IMG/VR virus record: IMGVR_UViG_3300041409_000610
Coordinates: 1-64,000 of that record
DNA from: a virus
Taxonomy: Duplodnaviria > Caudoviricetes
Strand: one strand, 5' to 3'
Length of the DNA stretch: 64,000 nt
Part shown: positions 45,913 through 54,459 of the stretch, one piece after another
Numbering within the stretch: position 1 is the first letter of the stretch
Layout of the letters: every line of letters begins with the position of its first letter
The notes under the pieces: generated by a model
Seen by the model: the letters and a program-made list of their open reading frames with translations, nothing else
The model's database searches: none
What the model was told of the DNA's origin: nothing
Position numbers and translations under genes: made by a program

Positions 45913-46614
45913 ATGTCCGAAGCCATCGAGGTCACTCCGCAGCTGACCGGCGTGCGCGCCGCGCTGTCCAAGCCGAAGGCCACCGTCACCGACGTCCTCA
46001 ACGCCGCGAAGCCGGAGCGGGACCTCGTCCAGCTGGCCGAGACGCCGATCCCGCAGAACGCCGCGCTCAACGAGGACGCCGAAGAGGCGGTCTCCAAGGT
46101 CGGCAAGCTGCTGGCCGAGCTGGACCTGCCGGACCGGCGCCGGATGCTGACCGGTGCCGAGCTGGAGACGCTCACCCGCACCTACGTCGAGTGGGACAAG
46201 GCCTCGAAGGGCCTCGACCGCTCGCGTGAGCAGATCAAGGCCGCGATCTTCAACCACTTCGACGCGATCGCCGCGCACGACGGCAAGATCGACATCGAGA
46301 CCCAGCACACCAAGGAGGGCTGGGCGATCGTCGCGGACAAGACCTCGGCCGTCGTGCCGGGCCTGGACGTCAAGCTGACCCGTGAGGTGGCCGGGGGCAA
46401 GACCGAGCTGGACCTGGACCGCCTGCGTGACCTCGTCGAGGACGAGGTGCTCAGCAACGAGGACTTCCTGGGCATGACCCGGCAGATCCGCGTGGTCGAC
46501 GAGGCCCGCGCGCTGGAGTGGCTCCGGAAGAACCCGGGTCGCGCGCACCTGCTCCTGGAGGGCACCAAGACCGGTCCGGCCCGCGCGTCGCTGTACCTGC
46601 GCAAGAACGACTGA
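45913..46614 (+). CDS. conserved hypothetical phage protein
   Basis: GGGAGGG RBS; 233 aa helical; GC3-rich codons. Confidence 0.75.
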   Translation: MSEAIEVTPQLTGVRAALSKPKATVTDVLNAAKPERDLVQLAETPIPQNAALNEDAEEAVSKVGKLLAELDLPDRRRMLTGAELETLTRTYVEWDKASKGLDRSREQIKAAIFNHFDAIAAHDGKIDIETQHTKEGWAIVADKTSAVVPGLDVKLTREVAGGKTELDLDRLRDLVEDEVLSNEDFLGMTRQIRVVDEARALEWLRKNPGRAHLLLEGTKTGPARASLYLRKND

Positions 46615-46618
46615 TCCC

Positions 46619-46655
46619 GAGGAGACCCGGCGCCCCCGCGACGCCGGGTCTCCTC
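46619..46655 (+). terminator. intrinsic terminator
   Basis: GAGGAGACCCGGCG / CGCCGGGTCTCCTC then TTCT. Confidence 0.7.
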
Positions 46656-46675
46656 TTCTGCCCTGGAGGCGCATC

Positions 46676-47227
46676 ATGCTCGAAACGACCGAACCCTTCG
46701 TGATCAGTGGCGAGGGGGTGTTGACACCACCCGACCGCGACCGCTGGGTGACACCCGAGATGGTCCTCAACGGCCCCACCTACACGTCCTCGGAGGTCGC
46801 CGAGGTCTTCTTCGCCAAGTCGACGAACTGGCTGCGCAAGCGGCTCTGGGAGCGCCGGGACGACTGGGACCCGGACCGCACCGACGCCGGGCACCGCCGG
46901 TTCAACCTGGCTCAGATCGAGGACCTGGCGCACCTGCTGCTGCGCGAGCGCGCGCTGAAGCCGCCAGAGTTCGCGATGATCATCCGGCACGTCAAGGCCT
47001 CGGCACTCCAGCACGGCTACACGCTGGGCGACACCGGCTTCCTGCTGGCCCACTGGAACGGCCAGCTGGCTTCCCGGCGGCAGATGGTCCTGCTGGTGCT
47101 CCAACGGCTGGAGGAGTGGGACGCGGGTCGGAACCCGAGTCACCCGGACGCGCAGCTCGATCGAGCCATCGACGACGCCGCCGACGGCATCCGGCGCGGC
47201 GAGATGCTCCCCCTGGAGGCCTCGTGA
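46676..47227 (+). CDS. MerR-like HTH DNA-binding protein
   Basis: YTSSEVAEVFFAKSTNWLR...RTDAGHRRFNLAQIE. Confidence 0.65.
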   Translation: MLETTEPFVISGEGVLTPPDRDRWVTPEMVLNGPTYTSSEVAEVFFAKSTNWLRKRLWERRDDWDPDRTDAGHRRFNLAQIEDLAHLLLRERALKPPEFAMIIRHVKASALQHGYTLGDTGFLLAHWNGQLASRRQMVLLVLQRLEEWDAGRNPSHPDAQLDRAIDDAADGIRRGEMLPLEAS

Positions 47228-47634
47228 CGGAGGACCAGGGCGTCTGCGGCTTCGGCCTGGTCGACGGCTCGCTGTGCGTGCTTCCCCGGGTCGCGCTGCG
47301 CTGCTCGGCGCACGAGGCGCTCGTCTGCAACGGCTGCCGCAAACGCGAGGCCACCCACGAGTGCCTGCACAGCGACGGCGCGGTGCTGTGCGAGGCCTGC
47401 GAGCACATCAGCGGGTCCCAGCACGGTCCCCGGCCGAACCCGCGCGACGTGGTGGACGAGGAGATGAGCCGGGCGGTCGAGCTGATCCTGGAGCAGCTCA
47501 GCGCCACCGAGGTACTGCCCAGCACCGGCCCCCAGCGCCGGGACGCGGCCGCGCAGATCTGGCGCGGCCTGTCCAACCACATCGCCATGAAGGTGCTCGC
47601 CGGAATGGCTCGACCCGAAGGCGAGACCTCGTGA
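47224..47634 (+). CDS. Cys/His-rich Zn-finger hypothetical protein
   Basis: GTGA overlaps; CSAH, CNGC..ATHEC, LCEACEH. Confidence 0.6.
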   Translation: MTEDQGVCGFGLVDGSLCVLPRVALRCSAHEALVCNGCRKREATHECLHSDGAVLCEACEHISGSQHGPRPNPRDVVDEEMSRAVELILEQLSATEVLPSTGPQRRDAAAQIWRGLSNHIAMKVLAGMARPEGETS

Positions 47635-48578
47635 CCAAGTACCTGCTGGTCGACGGCAACAACATCGCGGCCAGGGCCGCCCACGCCTCCTGGGCGACGA
47701 ACACACTCTCGACCGACGACGGCGTCCCGACCGCCGCGCTGATGTTCTTCATCAACTCGCTGGCCAAGGTCATCGGCGAAGAGCACCCGACCCACGTCGC
47801 GGTGGCCTGGGACGGCCGGAGCGAGTTCCGGCACCGCCTGCTGCCCACCTACAAGGCGAACCGCAAGACGGCGGCGCCCGAGCCCGGGAAGGACTACACC
47901 GCCGCGTTCCCGCTGATGCGCGAGTTCCTGGGCGCGGCGGGGATCTTCCAGCATCGGCTGGCCGAGTTCGAGGCCGACGACCTGGTGGCCACCTGGTGGT
48001 GGAAGATCCACCAGGCCGAGGAGATCATCATCCTCTCCGGCGACAAGGACCTCTACCAGCTGCTCGGCCCGAGCCCCTGGGCCATCAACACGACCGCGCG
48101 CAAGCCGGTCGGCGGCGGGATCTACGAGAAGTGGACCTCCGAGCGCTTCGTGGAGAAGAACGGCTTCGAGCCGCACCTGTGGCCCCTGGTCGGCGCGCTC
48201 ACCGGTGACACGTCGGACAACATCGACGGGATCAAGGGCGTCGGGCCGAAGCGGGCCGTCAAGCTCCTGAACGACTTCGACTGGAACATCACCAAGGCGA
48301 TCCAGGAGAAGTACCCCGAGCACGTCGAGCTGGTTCGGCGCAACGTGCGGCTGATGGACCTGACCGCCGACCCGATCCCGGACTACGGGAACCACATCAG
48401 GCGGTTCCGGCCCGCGCCGTGCGACAGCCCCGACGGCGCCGTGCTCGACGCCTTCCTGACCCGGTACGAGCTGGCCGGAATCCAGGCCAGCTTCCGGAAG
48501 AACGCCCTCTGGACCCAGGCCAGCGCGGTCGGACGCCCGTTCCGATCGAGCGCGGCGGAAGGGAGGACGAGCCCCTAA
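47631..48578 (+). CDS. 5'-3' exonuclease / flap endonuclease (Pol I N-terminal-like)
   Basis: LLVDGNN, VAWD, YKANR, EADD, SGDKDLYQL, GDTSDNIDGIKGVGPKRA. Confidence 0.92.
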   Translation: MTKYLLVDGNNIAARAAHASWATNTLSTDDGVPTAALMFFINSLAKVIGEEHPTHVAVAWDGRSEFRHRLLPTYKANRKTAAPEPGKDYTAAFPLMREFLGAAGIFQHRLAEFEADDLVATWWWKIHQAEEIIILSGDKDLYQLLGPSPWAINTTARKPVGGGIYEKWTSERFVEKNGFEPHLWPLVGALTGDTSDNIDGIKGVGPKRAVKLLNDFDWNITKAIQEKYPEHVELVRRNVRLMDLTADPIPDYGNHIRRFRPAPCDSPDGAVLDAFLTRYELAGIQASFRKNALWTQASAVGRPFRSSAAEGRTSP

Positions 48579-48615
48579 CCTGCCCATTCCCTCGGGGCCG
48601 CACCCCAATGTGTGC
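48579..48615 (+). promoter_or_regulatory. conserved bipartite motif, copy 10
   Basis: CCTGCCC-N18-CCCAATG-TGTGC in the intergenic gap. Confidence 0.5.
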
Positions 48616-48642
48616 CCCCAGGGAGGACACCAGGAGGACCAC

Positions 48643-48996
48643 GTGCCAAGCATGCCGATCGACACGCGACGGGAAGGTCTGGAGCGTCCACCCGTGACGC
48701 TCACCCAGGCCGCCCGGAGCGTGAAGCTCGGCCAGAAGGTCACCGCCTTCGTCAGCCATGGCGATCAGGACCGCGTGACCGGATATCTGGCCGGGGTGGA
48801 TGCCGAGTGCTGGTTCATCCTCCAGCCGAGCTTTGAGACATTTCGCCAGATCCTGGTGAGCCGCCACAAAGTGCCGGTGCTGGAGATCCACATCGAGCGG
48901 ACCTACGATCGGGAACCTCTCCGTCGGGAGATGGATCGGATCGTGGTTCACTTTCGAACGTGGGTCGACCAGAACGTCCTGAGTGGACGTTCGTAA
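48643..48996 (+). CDS. hypothetical protein
   Basis: AGGAGG RBS before GTG at 48643; QKVTAFV...VTGYLAGVDAECWFIL. Confidence 0.6.
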   Translation: MPSMPIDTRREGLERPPVTLTQAARSVKLGQKVTAFVSHGDQDRVTGYLAGVDAECWFILQPSFETFRQILVSRHKVPVLEIHIERTYDREPLRREMDRIVVHFRTWVDQNVLSGRS

Positions 48997-49048
48997 AAAC
49001 TGCTCTGACCTGGGCAGATGTCAGAATTTACCGCGAGAGGAAGAACCT

Positions 49049-49474
49049 GTGCTGAACTTCACCGAGGACCTGGACGAGGACACTGGAACGGCTGTCCAGG
49101 CCCATCGGGACGAGGTTCCGGCGGTGCAGGAGCGGGTCACCGTGACCCCCATCTCGGAGCCCGCTCCTGCTCCCGCCACCCCGTCCCGCATCCCGACGAA
49201 CCGGAACGACTTCGCACCCCACTCGGAGTGGGAGGCGGTCCGGAACTACGTGATCAGCCAGCTGGAAGAGATCGCGCCGTTTCCGCGCGAGCCCCGCCGG
49301 GAGAACACGATCTTCATGGGTTTCCAGGACCGCTGGGGCGATCAGGCCATGGCCATCGCCCGGTACGCCTTCCAGGAGGCCGGTGGCGAGTGGCTCGGCG
49401 CGCCGATGAGCGTCGCTCGCTTCGACCGGGCATCGGACCGGGTCTTCGCCGCGAGGATCGCCGCGATGCTCTGA
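49049..49474 (+). CDS. hypothetical protein upstream of dnaB
   Basis: GAGAGG RBS before GTG at 49049; 141 aa. Confidence 0.6.
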   Translation: MLNFTEDLDEDTGTAVQAHRDEVPAVQERVTVTPISEPAPAPATPSRIPTNRNDFAPHSEWEAVRNYVISQLEEIAPFPREPRRENTIFMGFQDRWGDQAMAIARYAFQEAGGEWLGAPMSVARFDRASDRVFAARIAAML

Positions 49475-49560
49475 AGATCACGGCCGTATGGCCCCCGTCC
49501 ACCCGACGGGGGCTGTATGGTCTCCTGACCTGATCGACTTCCTGGCGCACCGGAGCCGCA

Positions 49561-50880
49561 ATGAACAAGGCCGAAGAGGTCCTCTTCAACCACTTGACCA
49601 ACCCAGACAGTCTCGATTACCTCGTGCGCGAGGGCTTCTCCAGCTCCACCATCCGCGAGTGCATCCCGGGTGACATCGCTCCCCAGGTCGTGGGGTGGGT
49701 GATCGACACCTACTTCCGCTCGGGCCGGACCGTGGCACCCAGCCGCGAGGGGATCCTGGAGACCTGGGGCGACCAGATGGAGAAAGTCGATCTGGTCATC
49801 GACGACGACTACGAGACGGACTCCATCGAGTGGGCCGTCACCCAGCTGCGCACCCAGTTCGCCGAGGACCAGGTAAACGAGCTGACGATCCAGCTGGCCA
49901 ACGAGCTTCACCACGCCGCGCCGCCGGACAAGACCTCCGTGGTGAAGGAGTACTCGGGGCGGTTCCACGCTCTCACGAACCAGCTCATCAGCCACTACGA
50001 CGAGATGCCGCTGGACGTCGGTCTCGACCATGCCTGGGCTCGGTACCAGGAACGCGCCATCGCGCGGATGCACATCCAGGGGATGACCTTCGGCCTGCCG
50101 GAGATCGACGAGCACACCATGGGCGTCCGGGACGGCGAGATGGCCGTCTTCGCGGGCTACGCCGGGTCCGGCAAGACCTGGATGGCGATCAAGACGGCGC
50201 TGGCCGAGTGGCGGCGCGGCCGCCGGTCGGTGCTCTACACGCTGGAGAACAGCGTTGAGATGATCATCGACCGGATGGCCTGCATGATGGCCGGGCTCGA
50301 CTACGCCCGCTGGCAGAAGGGCACCGTGGAAGGCCCGCCGCTGGAGCGATTCCACGTGGCCAAGGACCGGATCCAGCAGACCGAGCACGCGCCGATCATC
50401 ATCATGCCCGAGCGCGGCGACCGCGACCCGGTCTCGCTCGTCCGCCGGGTGTTCGCTCTCGGCGGCGAGTCGGTGATCATCGACCAGCTGTCCCACATCG
50501 AAGCGGTGATCGGCACCCGCACGCACAAGCGCAACGAAGTCGTCATGGAGATCATGAAGGAGCTGTACGTCCTGATCTCCGAGGGCAAGGAGAAGATCTC
50601 CGCCCTCGTGCTCGCGCAGATCAACCGCGAGGGCAAGGACGCGGCCGCCCGGCTCGGCCGCTACGACATGGAGCACCTGGCCGAGTCCTCGGAGATGGAG
50701 CGGACTCCGGACTTCGTCTTCAGCCTGCTGCGCCAGCCGACCGAGACCAATGAGGACGGCGCGCTGCTCCAGAAGCTCAAGGGGCGCCGCGTCGAGGAGC
50801 GGCCCGAGGCCTGGGAGATGGTCTGGCGCCTCGGCGTCGGCGACATCCGGGTGATGAGGGAGGTGGCGCTCAGTGCCTGA
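49561..50880 (+). CDS. dnaB: DnaB-like replicative helicase
   Basis: GYAGSGKT, YTLEN, IIDQLSHI, LAQINREG, LAESSEMERTPDFV. Confidence 0.88.
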   Translation: MNKAEEVLFNHLTNPDSLDYLVREGFSSSTIRECIPGDIAPQVVGWVIDTYFRSGRTVAPSREGILETWGDQMEKVDLVIDDDYETDSIEWAVTQLRTQFAEDQVNELTIQLANELHHAAPPDKTSVVKEYSGRFHALTNQLISHYDEMPLDVGLDHAWARYQERAIARMHIQGMTFGLPEIDEHTMGVRDGEMAVFAGYAGSGKTWMAIKTALAEWRRGRRSVLYTLENSVEMIIDRMACMMAGLDYARWQKGTVEGPPLERFHVAKDRIQQTEHAPIIIMPERGDRDPVSLVRRVFALGGESVIIDQLSHIEAVIGTRTHKRNEVVMEIMKELYVLISEGKEKISALVLAQINREGKDAAARLGRYDMEHLAESSEMERTPDFVFSLLRQPTETNEDGALLQKLKGRRVEERPEAWEMVWRLGVGDIRVMREVALSA

Positions 50881-51097
50881 GCAGTACGTGGGACCTGGCG
50901 TGGTGGCCGAGTGGTGCGGGGTTTCCCGGCACGCGGTGGCGAAGTGGCTGGCGCGTGATGTCGGCCTGCCGGAGCCGGATGTGGCGATCAAGAACCCCGG
51001 CGGCGCGGTGGCCCACGGCTGGCTGCCTGAGCGCCGCGCCGAGATCGAGGAGTGGAACGCCACGCGCAAGGACGGGCGGTGGGGCCGCGATGCCTAG
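50873..51097 (+). CDS. small HTH DNA-binding protein
   Basis: VAEWCGVSRHAVAKW...PEPD...GWLPER; overlaps dnaB and primase. Confidence 0.65.
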   Translation: MPEQYVGPGVVAEWCGVSRHAVAKWLARDVGLPEPDVAIKNPGGAVAHGWLPERRAEIEEWNATRKDGRWGRDA

Positions 51098-52241
51098 GCT
51101 CGGCCGGGGCTTCAAGAACGCCCCCACGACCCCGTTCTTCGAGGCTTCGCTGCTGCCCGACGTGATGAAGCTCCAGCTGTGCCAGGACCTGCTCGGCGAG
51201 ATCGGCGCGAGCAACGTCCGGGCGCCGAATTCCAAGCACGAGATCATCCACTCGTGCCCGATCCCCAACGCGCACCGCAACGGCGACCGCAACCCGTCGG
51301 CGAGCCTGAACTACCAGCGGCTGGCCTTCAACTGCCTCGGCTGCGGCGCCCAGGGCGGCCTGCTGTGGTTCATCGCGGTCACCAAGGGCGTGGAGACCTA
51401 CGAGGCCTTCCGCTGGCTGGGCGACCAGACCGGCGTCGGCGGCCGGTCGATGGACGGCAAGCGCGTCATCGAGATCCTGGAGGCGATCTTCGCCAAGCAG
51501 GAGAACCGGCCCGAGCCGATGAACATCTACCCCGAGAGCGCGCTGACCCCGTGGACCTTCCCGGTCACCCACCCGTACATGACCCACAAGGGTAGTTTCG
51601 GCAAGATCAAGTGCCGGGGGATCCCCGAGGAGAACTGCCAGCGGTTCCGCATCGGCTACGCCGAGAAGTACCCGATGGGCTGGCAGCGCGACGAGGACGG
51701 CGAGCTGATCCTGGACGAGGACGGCGGGATGATCCCGCTGCCGCCGCAGGAACGGATCGTCATCCCGCTGTTCTGGGACGGCAAGCTGCTCGGCTGGCAG
51801 GCGCGCGCCATCCGGAGCGAGGACGAGCCGAAGTACAAGAACAGCGTGAAGTTCCCCCGGGACCGCGTGCTCTACGGCTGGGAGCCCGGCAAGGACATCG
51901 TGCTCGTGGAGAGCCCGATGAGCGTGCTGCGGCATTGCCACCACCAGCCGATGGTGGCCAGCTTCGGCAAGCAGCTGACCGACCCCCAGCTCCGGATCCT
52001 GCACAAGGCGAAATCCATCACCCTGTGGTTCGACCCGGACGCCGCCGGGTGGAAGGGCACCCAGCGCGCCATCGCGGAGCTTCGCCGGTACGTACCCCTA
52101 CGGGTGGTGGACTGGAAGTACCGTGACACTGACCCTGCTGATCTTCCTGACGATGTGGTGGCTGAGCGGGTTGCCAACGCGATGCCCTGGTCGCTCTGGA
52201 AGTGGCCCGGGTACGAGAGCCTGATGAAGTGGGAAGGATGA
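51090..52241 (+). CDS. DNA primase (Zn finger + TOPRIM)
   Basis: CPIPNAH...FNCLGCG; RIVIPL; PKYKNS; LVES; FDPDAAG; DPAD. Confidence 0.88.
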   Translation: MPRLGRGFKNAPTTPFFEASLLPDVMKLQLCQDLLGEIGASNVRAPNSKHEIIHSCPIPNAHRNGDRNPSASLNYQRLAFNCLGCGAQGGLLWFIAVTKGVETYEAFRWLGDQTGVGGRSMDGKRVIEILEAIFAKQENRPEPMNIYPESALTPWTFPVTHPYMTHKGSFGKIKCRGIPEENCQRFRIGYAEKYPMGWQRDEDGELILDEDGGMIPLPPQERIVIPLFWDGKLLGWQARAIRSEDEPKYKNSVKFPRDRVLYGWEPGKDIVLVESPMSVLRHCHHQPMVASFGKQLTDPQLRILHKAKSITLWFDPDAAGWKGTQRAIAELRRYVPLRVVDWKYRDTDPADLPDDVVAERVANAMPWSLWKWPGYESLMKWEG

Positions 52242-52417
52242 TCATGCCGCTGCGCAAGTTCGGCGTCGAGCACGGGACCGTCGAGGTGGACCGGGACGAC
52301 CCCCAGGGCCTCTCCAGGACCGCCATGCGCCACCTGGCCGCCGAGGAGCCCACCGAGGCCGCTTCGGCGGCGGAGGGAGCCGCTGAGGCCGACGAAGCCA
52401 GCCCGGAGAGTGAGTGA
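52238..52417 (+). CDS. small hypothetical protein
   Basis: ATGA/GTGA overlaps with both neighbours. Confidence 0.5.
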   Translation: MIMPLRKFGVEHGTVEVDRDDPQGLSRTAMRHLAAEEPTEAASAAEGAAEADEASPESE

Positions 52418-53232
52418 GCTTCCGGCAGCTGGACGTTTCCGGCTTCCTGGTCCCCGACCAGGAGCCGGATCGTCGCCGTGACCTACCGGTGCGCGGCGGC
52501 ACGGGGCCACTGGAGGCGTCCAGTTGCGTGGCCCTGTCCGTCACGCCCGAGGTCATCTGGGACGTGAACGGCTACTACCGGGCGCTGGGCTTCGAGTGGC
52601 CCTTCACCGGCATCACGAAGAAGGCGCTCAGGCTGGCCTACCACCGGATCGACGGCGAGAAGAGCGTCTACCTGACCCGGGTGTTCAAGCTGCTGCTGAA
52701 CGAGGCCAATCGCCGGAAGTACGACATGGCGCAATTCGGCCGTCAGCACATGGACCAGATCCAGATCGACGCGCTGCTGGACATGGTCAAAAGAATGGCC
52801 GCCGCCGTCAAGCCGAGCAATGACACGCGGGCCACTCAGCGCGAGATTCTGAAGACGATGGGCTTCAACCTGCCGGACACGGACAGCGAACACTACCCAA
52901 ACGAGCAGTACCCAGATGGGCAGGATCCGTGCAAGGATGAAGACCTGTTGATCGAGACCTTCTGGCGGTGGGGCTACTACCGCTGGGGGACCGGGTGCAC
53001 TGAGGTCACCCGGCTCGGTCGCTGGCAAGAACTGCTGGTCAGCCAGCTCGCCGCACTGGAGGTGACGACCAAGCTCTGCGTCGGCTACATCGGGCGCGGG
53101 CGCACGGACTCTCGTTTTGTCGTAGCTCGCACGTATGGTGTCCGCACGATCTACCTGCGTGAGGACATGGAGCCGGACGAGGAGATGGCCGCAGCTGCGG
53201 CGGGCGCGCTGATCGCAGATCTAACTGAATAA
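52414..53232 (+). CDS. DnaJ-like domain protein lacking HPD
   Basis: YYRALG...KKALRLAY...VFKLLLNEANRRKYD matches the J-domain ends. Confidence 0.55.
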   Translation: MSFRQLDVSGFLVPDQEPDRRRDLPVRGGTGPLEASSCVALSVTPEVIWDVNGYYRALGFEWPFTGITKKALRLAYHRIDGEKSVYLTRVFKLLLNEANRRKYDMAQFGRQHMDQIQIDALLDMVKRMAAAVKPSNDTRATQREILKTMGFNLPDTDSEHYPNEQYPDGQDPCKDEDLLIETFWRWGYYRWGTGCTEVTRLGRWQELLVSQLAALEVTTKLCVGYIGRGRTDSRFVVARTYGVRTIYLREDMEPDEEMAAAAAGALIADLTE

Positions 53233-53289
53233 CGCAAGACCCACGACCGCCAGACCCAAGAAACGAAAAAGACGAGAACAGGAAAACGC

Positions 53290-54360
53290 ATGGCGAATTT
53301 CGGTAAGGGTGGCGACGCCGCCCGCGACGAGGCCGCGAAGAAGCAGTTCGGCAGCTTCAAGAGGGTCAAGTACCTGTCCCTCAAGGACAAGGAGTCGATC
53401 ACCGTCCGGCTGCTCGACGACTCGAACGAGTGGCCGTACGTCTACCAGCACTCCTTCGTCCCCACCAAGGGCGCGCCGCCGGACTGGCAGAAGGACGTCA
53501 AGGACTCGGACAAGAAGCAGTGGCCGACCGCCATGGGCGCGGTGTGCCGCAAGCAGAAGAACCCCGAGAACGGGGAGCTGGTCTTCCCCGAGTACGACGG
53601 GGAGTGCTTCATCTGCGACCACATGGAGAACCCGAAGAACAAGCGCCGCAAGTACTTCCCGTCCGTGAAGCTCTGGGCGCGGGCGCTGGTGCGCGAAGAG
53701 GTCCGGGGGACCCAGGCCGCCGTCGACAAGGGCCTCTGCCCGGCCAGCAAGATCGGCAAGATCATCGGCTTCCGGGACAAGATGGTCGAGGAGGAGCAGA
53801 CCGACGCCGAGGGCAAGGTCACCGGGACCAAGAAGGTGCCGGAGATCATCGTCATCAACCAGTCCTCGTCGAACTTCTTCGGTGCCATCCAGGCCATCTG
53901 GGACACCTTCGGAACGGTGCTCGACCGGGACTTCAAGATCACACGTCGCGGTGAGGGCCTGGAGACCGAGTACGACATCGTGGCCATGGACCCGATGGAC
54001 TACAAGAACGGCGACGGCGAGATCGTCCGCTGGTCCCTGGAAGACCCGGAGATCAAGGCCAAGTACGACGGGTTCGTGGCCCTGGAGGAGATCATCTCCG
54101 AGCAGGCCTCCGACCAGCGCTTCGACACCTTCTTCGACACCCGGCCGGGTCACGAGCACCCGGTGAACAAGAAGAACGACGAGAAGCGCGACGACGCCAA
54201 GGCCGACCGCGAGAGCGGCGTGGGCACCCAGGCCCCGGCTGCTGCGGCGCCCGCCGAGGAGGACGTGGACGCCGAGGACGTCGCCGAGATGCGCGACCGG
54301 CTGTTCCAGCAGGCGGGCATGATGGGCAACTTCCCGGCCGGGGAGAACGTCGAAGCCTGA
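53290..54360 (+). CDS. single-stranded DNA-binding protein (gp32-like, probably Zn-binding)
   Basis: LSLKDKESITVRLL, H...C...CFICD, DRDFKITRRGEGLETEYDI, acidic tail; between primase and dnaE. Confidence 0.7.
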   Translation: MANFGKGGDAARDEAAKKQFGSFKRVKYLSLKDKESITVRLLDDSNEWPYVYQHSFVPTKGAPPDWQKDVKDSDKKQWPTAMGAVCRKQKNPENGELVFPEYDGECFICDHMENPKNKRRKYFPSVKLWARALVREEVRGTQAAVDKGLCPASKIGKIIGFRDKMVEEEQTDAEGKVTGTKKVPEIIVINQSSSNFFGAIQAIWDTFGTVLDRDFKITRRGEGLETEYDIVAMDPMDYKNGDGEIVRWSLEDPEIKAKYDGFVALEEIISEQASDQRFDTFFDTRPGHEHPVNKKNDEKRDDAKADRESGVGTQAPAAAAPAEEDVDAEDVAEMRDRLFQQAGMMGNFPAGENVEA

Positions 54361-54372
54361 TCGATCAGCTAA

Positions 54373-54428
54373 GATACGCACGCCTCGACGGGGCCATACC
54401 CAGGGCTTGGCCCCGTCGAGTGCGTATC
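54373..54428 (+). promoter_or_regulatory. long bulged hairpin between ssb and dnaE
   Basis: GATACGCA(CGC)CTCGACGGGGCCA / TGGCCCCGTCGAGTGCGTATC. Confidence 0.6.
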
Positions 54429-54459
54429 CCTCCCGTACCAGAGGAATCACAGGGACCGC

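Noticed and set aside
6833-54365. Several TGA stops followed directly by TC (forming GATC)
   Set aside because: TGA is the dominant stop and GATC is common in this genome, so I cannot show enrichment by eye.
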